Of a stretch of 64,000 nt of DNA, positions 59,898 through 64,000 are shown one piece after another; positions within the stretch are counted from its first letter, which is position 1; every line of letters starts with the position of its first letter. Source of the DNA: Bryobacterales bacterium (GTDB lineage: Bacteria; Acidobacteriota; Terriglobia; Bryobacterales; UBA6623); NCBI GenBank assembly GCA_963422375.2, contig CAXXKD010000001.1:160001-224000 (forward strand). Direction: 5' to 3'. A program made the position numbers and the translations under genes. Below the pieces are notes generated by a model. The model was not told the origin of the DNA and made no database searches. It saw only the letters and a list, made by a program, of their open reading frames with translations.

Positions 59898-61609
59898 TAT
59901 ATAGGGCGGTGGAAGTCGCGATGCCCGCGGGGTCACTTCTGGTCCCGAGACAGCGGCGACGGAACATGACGTGGGTACCGGGATGCACCCAAGCGGGGGA
60001 ATCGCGCGCCCGGAGCGGGTCGGGCGGCCCTCGAGAGAAACCTCGAGATGCCGCTGTAGTCGGTCCCGCGCGAAGGAGGAGGCGGAGTGCCGTCGGGCCT
60101 GTGACCTTCGGTTCGACTTGTGGTGAGGGAGCGTCAATTTGTTCCGAGCGACGAAGTGGCTTGGACGAGGAACGACACGGGCGCGACGGAAGGCACCATC
60201 GCGGAGACGACCGAGATGTCCTGGGATCTCGTGCGCTTAAGCTCTGACGCATGATCTCGGGTCCAAGCGAACCGGAATGCGGTGGGCGCCCTGCTTGACC
60301 CAAATGAAGTGGCTCGGAAAGGGAAGCTCTTGAGGACGGCGACGGAGCGTGAGGATATACCGGGGCGCAAGGAGAGGCGACCCAAGTATCCGGCAGAGGA
60401 GTCGGTGATCAACATCCTGAAATGGCAGGCATTGGACCGGTTGATGAAATGAAATCCAGTCGAGTCTAAGCGAGTAGAAGGTCTAGAAATTCTTGCGGTT
60501 CGTAAGAATCGAGTAAGACCGATGCTCAGAGTCAGAGAGCGCATAAATCTGAACGAGTTTCGCCTGAAGGAGGCAGCGTAGCGGCCCGATCTAGCTCAGA
60601 GATTCGAATGAATTCGGCCCCTAGACGAGATAGAATGAAATATATGGATTGGAGAGTGACAGTGAGTAACCAAAGAATTCACAAGAGAACGAATTTCGGC
60701 CGAAATCTCAAGCACCTCTTTCCTTGGTGTTGTTTGAATTCGTTGCGTGAAGCCGATTCTGCGAGATTCCAAGAGTACCTATGAATTCAAGACTCATATT
60801 GTCTAGGGGTGACACTGCCCTGATGATGGCGTTCCATCAAGAGGCTTGGGAACGTCTTCTCCAATGATCAATTTTCTGAGAGTTTCGTCCAATCGTTATA
60901 CTCTGCGACACTACGACTGATCGTCTCTCCTGCGTGAGCATCGTGCGAGATCTCGTCAATTGAGGCGAGGTCGTTCTCTACGACCTATCTTCGTAGATGA
61001 CAAGCTGTGAGTGGGCAGTCGGGGGGCTTCCCTTGGTCCTGCACTCGTATAATCCTGCCAAATCCATTATTGCCCGCATGGTCCGGTGTTCAACATCCCG
61101 TGGTCGTCTGACTAGCGATGTCGCTATATGGGACGGCTCCGACGGACCGCGAGAAGCCCACGGGCCGCAAGCGGCCCCGGCCCGGATGAGCACGGACCGG
61201 TCTCGCCGCCGTTGAGGCGCGTGACACTCCGTCCGACGGCCAGCATGAAGGCTCCAGCCGAGTGGACCCGCCTCACTAGCGCGACATGACAAATGAAACG
61301 GGCGGCATTCCGCCGATCCCGGAGACTGCTTGTGAAATCACTCAGTGCGTCACGAGTAGTTTCAGACACCTGTCCTCCATATGCGCATGCGTCACAGAGA
61401 CGTACAAGATGTAGACAGGATAGTGCCACCCCTTGGAGAAGACTCTTGACGCTTTGAGTAACGATTTTCGGCTGGTCCGGGACTCGCTCCGGCCCTCGAC
61501 CGCGGGATGTCTGAGCCCTGCTCTCCGCGTGCCAGTGTTGCTCCCGGGGAATCGCCTTTCAAGACGGGGAAGCTCGGCCTCGTGGCCGCTTCGGAAATTG
61601 GCGTCCCCC

Positions 61610-62803
61610 CTACGCGGCGCCGGCTTCGGCTTGCCGGAGCGCTCGCAGCACGTTCCCGCCCATGATCTTGGCCACGTCCTCGTCCGAGAAGCCGCGTTCC
61701 TCTAGCGCGGCAACTAGGTTCGGAGTCTTGCCGATGTGCTCGAGTCCCTGGGGCAGCTTCAGTCCGACGCTGTCGTAGTCCGATCCCAGTCCGACGTGGT
61801 CGATGCCCGCGACGGTGGCGGCGTGCTCGATGTGGTCCACGAGGCGGCTCAGGGGCGGGGCCCCGATCATGTCCACCTCGGCTAGGTTCAGCTGCCAGAG
61901 CTCCTCGGAGAGGCGTTTCAGGTCGCCCGCGAATTCCTTCCGCACCTGCGCGCGCTTGCGTCCGATCTCGCGCAGCTCCGGGAAGCGGGCCCTGTAGTCG
62001 TCGTCCAGCATGCCGGCGTAGTAAGCGACGCCGAGCACGCCGCCGTTCTGAGCCAGGGCCTTGAGCATGCCGTCGGTCAGGTTGCGCGCGTGATTGGCTA
62101 CGGCCTTGCACGCCGCGTGCGTGTTCAGGACCGGAGCCGACGACACCTCGACGGTGTCGTAGAACGCCCGTTCCGAGGCGTGCGAAAGGTCGGCCATCAT
62201 GCCGATGCGGTTCATTTCGCGAACGATTTCGCGGCCGTGGTCGGTCAGGCCTTCCGGTCCCTCGTCCTGGTACTCGGCTGCGCCGACCCACGGCGTGTTC
62301 CCGCTGTGGGTGAGCCCCAGGTACCGCGCCCCGAGGCGATAGAGCTGTCGCAGGACCTCCACGCTCGAATCGATCATGTGCCCTCCCTCGACACCGAGGA
62401 AGACAGCGATCTTGTTCTCGCGCTGCGCGCGCAGGGCGTCGTCGGCCTTCAGCCCCAGGAACAGGTCGTCGGGATGACGGTTGACCGATTGGACGATCAC
62501 GTCCGTGATTCTGAGCGCGTCCTTGACAGACTCGACCGGCTTCTTGCTGCGGGCGGAACTGAAGACCGCGAAGAAACCGGCATTAAGGCCTCCTTGGCGC
62601 ATCTTAGGTATGTCGACTTGGCTGTACTCCGGGCTCTCGCCCATGTCGAGCCCCTCGGCCACGAGCCGACCGGGGGTGTCGATGTGCAGGTCGAAGTAAA
62701 GGGGGCCGCTGGGTGCGGCGGGCTCGGCATCCGATTCCGTTGTCCGGCCGCACGCTGCGAGGAGCGCGGCCGCCGACAGCCCGAGTTCGCGACGGCTAAG
62801 CAT
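61610..62803 (-). CDS. Membrane dipeptidase (peptidase M19), Tat lipoprotein
   Basis: SRRELG..LAAC, DLHID, VEGG, LTH, DLSH, THA, RNLTD, HVGLGSDYD, MGGN.LR. Confidence 0.92.
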   Translation of the reverse strand: MLSRRELGLSAAALLAACGRTTESDAEPAAPSGPLYFDLHIDTPGRLVAEGLDMGESPEYSQVDIPKMRQGGLNAGFFAVFSSARSKKPVESVKDALRITDVIVQSVNRHPDDLFLGLKADDALRAQRENKIAVFLGVEGGHMIDSSVEVLRQLYRLGARYLGLTHSGNTPWVGAAEYQDEGPEGLTDHGREIVREMNRIGMMADLSHASERAFYDTVEVSSAPVLNTHAACKAVANHARNLTDGMLKALAQNGGVLGVAYYAGMLDDDYRARFPELREIGRKRAQVRKEFAGDLKRLSEELWQLNLAEVDMIGAPPLSRLVDHIEHAATVAGIDHVGLGSDYDSVGLKLPQGLEHIGKTPNLVAALEERGFSDEDVAKIMGGNVLRALRQAEAGAA

Positions 62804-63234
62804 GGCGCCACGATTGTAGTGGATTCGGCTGCGTCGGCGCCGTTCGATCCGATTCCCGGACGGCGCATTCAGGCGCCCCGCGCGCGCGGTTCGGCTGGAG
62901 CGAGCAGGCAGCGCCGTTGCGCGGCGGGCCTGTGCCTAGCGCATTGCGGCGCGACCCGCCGCCGCGGAAGTCTCGCGCTCCCATGCGACGCCAAGCTTGA
63001 AGATCTCAGGGTTGGCGGGCCGGGCGGCCGCCGCCTCGAGTCGAACCGAGCTCGAAGGTATCGTTGATCGAGGGCGGGTAGCTGGCAGGAGGCGGAGCTT
63101 GCCTTCGGCCAGGCGGATTCCGATCCGGAACCGCGGCGCGACCGGCGAAACGGGACCGGCCCGGGAGTCCACCCGCACCGGCGCGTGCGGCTGCTCGGCT
63201 CGAGGCGTGCTGCTCGGCCGGCTGCCGCCGGGGC

Positions 63235-63539
63235 TCAGGCCGCTGCGGCCTTCCCGGTCAGCTGCCGGTACGTATGGATCTTGGCGAACAGGCCCCGAGC
63301 CATGCGGCGCATCTGCTCCGCGCTGTCGCAGTCACGGGCTTTGCGACGCCCCGCGAACTCGGTCACGTAGCGGTGCAGCTGCCGGGCGCTCATGCAGTGA
63401 TGCGTCTCGTAGAGGCCGCGCTTGAACAGGGGCCGGAAAGACTCCACGCTAGTGCCGGGCGCGGACCCGCGCACCTACTCGCCGTCCGAGTGCTTGACCG
63501 CCTCGCGGTCGAACTTCTCCGTGCCGGCGTAGAATTCCC
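63235..63539 (-). mobile_element. IS1595 remnant (diverged copy 5)
   Basis: GGGAATT end fused directly to TACGCCGGC. Then VESF..LFKRGLY.T.H.MS...L.RY.TEFAGR...RD.D..EQMRRMARGL..TYRQLTGKAA. Confidence 0.85.
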
Positions 63540-63983
63540 TTACGCTTCACCCTCTATTTTCTTCCGCAGGCACGCGAAGAACTTGTCCGTGATCATCTTG
63601 GCCGTGCCAACCAGCAGCCGCTGGCCCACGCGCGCGACCGGGCCGCCGACCTGCGCCTTGGCCCGCACGGCGACCGAACTGGACGAGTCGCACTCGCTGA
63701 TCGAGATGCGCGCCTCCCCTCTGGCGAAGCCGGCGGTCCCCTTGCCGGCCACTCGCAACGTGAAGGAAGCCGGGCGGTTCAGGTCGTGCAATTCGACGGT
63801 GCCCCGGAAGCGCCCCTTGATGGCTGCGACGCCGAGCGTCATCTCGGCTTGGTAGCAGTTCTCTCCGAGCGGTTCGAGCTCGTCGCAGCCGGGCAGGCAG
63901 CTGGCTACCGTCTGCGGGTCCGTCAATGCGTCGAACACCTCCCTAGGCTCGGCCGCGAAGCGGTACGCACTCTTGAAATCCAT
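63540..63983 (-). CDS. coxG: CoxG/SRPBCC family protein
   Basis: VFDALTDP..VA.CLPGC, G.AAIKG.F.G, VGGPVARVGQRL. Confidence 0.85.
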   Translation of the reverse strand: MDFKSAYRFAAEPREVFDALTDPQTVASCLPGCDELEPLGENCYQAEMTLGVAAIKGRFRGTVELHDLNRPASFTLRVAGKGTAGFARGEARISISECDSSSSVAVRAKAQVGGPVARVGQRLLVGTAKMITDKFFACLRKKIEGEA

Positions 63984-64000
63984 GAGACGGGATACTCCGC

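Noticed and set aside
1..64000. CRISPR array, tRNA, rRNA, reverse transcriptase/DGR
   Set aside because: No regularly spaced repeats, RNA gene signatures, RT motifs or TR/VR pair seen. The substitutions are transitions in IS copies, not DGR-type A>N changes.

Overview
GC-rich bacterial chromosomal segment. The gene content (Oar-type TonB receptor remnants, PVC-type haem protein, sulfatases, PQQ dehydrogenase with di-haem cytochrome) suggests Acidobacteriota, possibly a host-associated Bryobacterales. That assignment is inference only. Two intact core/metabolic blocks (about 17.8-27.1 kb and 35.3-57.5 kb) hold a glcD-like oxidase, M28 peptidase, ferredoxin, sulfatases, GH2, speA, pyrF, nrdR, a PQQ dehydrogenase and an SPFH protein. 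They alternate with decayed-IS regions (2-5.5 kb, 10.6-13.2 kb, 29.4-34.6 kb, 57.8-63.5 kb). These hold IS481, IS5, five copies/remnants of one IS1595-family element, a second IS1595 type, IS30, IS1634 and a 255-bp MITE. The window also has a tandem TonB-dependent receptor pair (second copy broken), a stand-alone Type IIG-like restriction-modification fusion and an aryl-sulfate sulfotransferase pseudogene. The most striking signal is a recurrent, context-biased T>C / A>G substitution pattern (CTG>CCG, TAC>TGC). It is directly visible between IS copies and repeatedly hits conserved Trp/Leu/Tyr codons and a stop codon. A second CCWGG>CTAG-like signature is also present. No rRNA, tRNA or CRISPR array was recognised.
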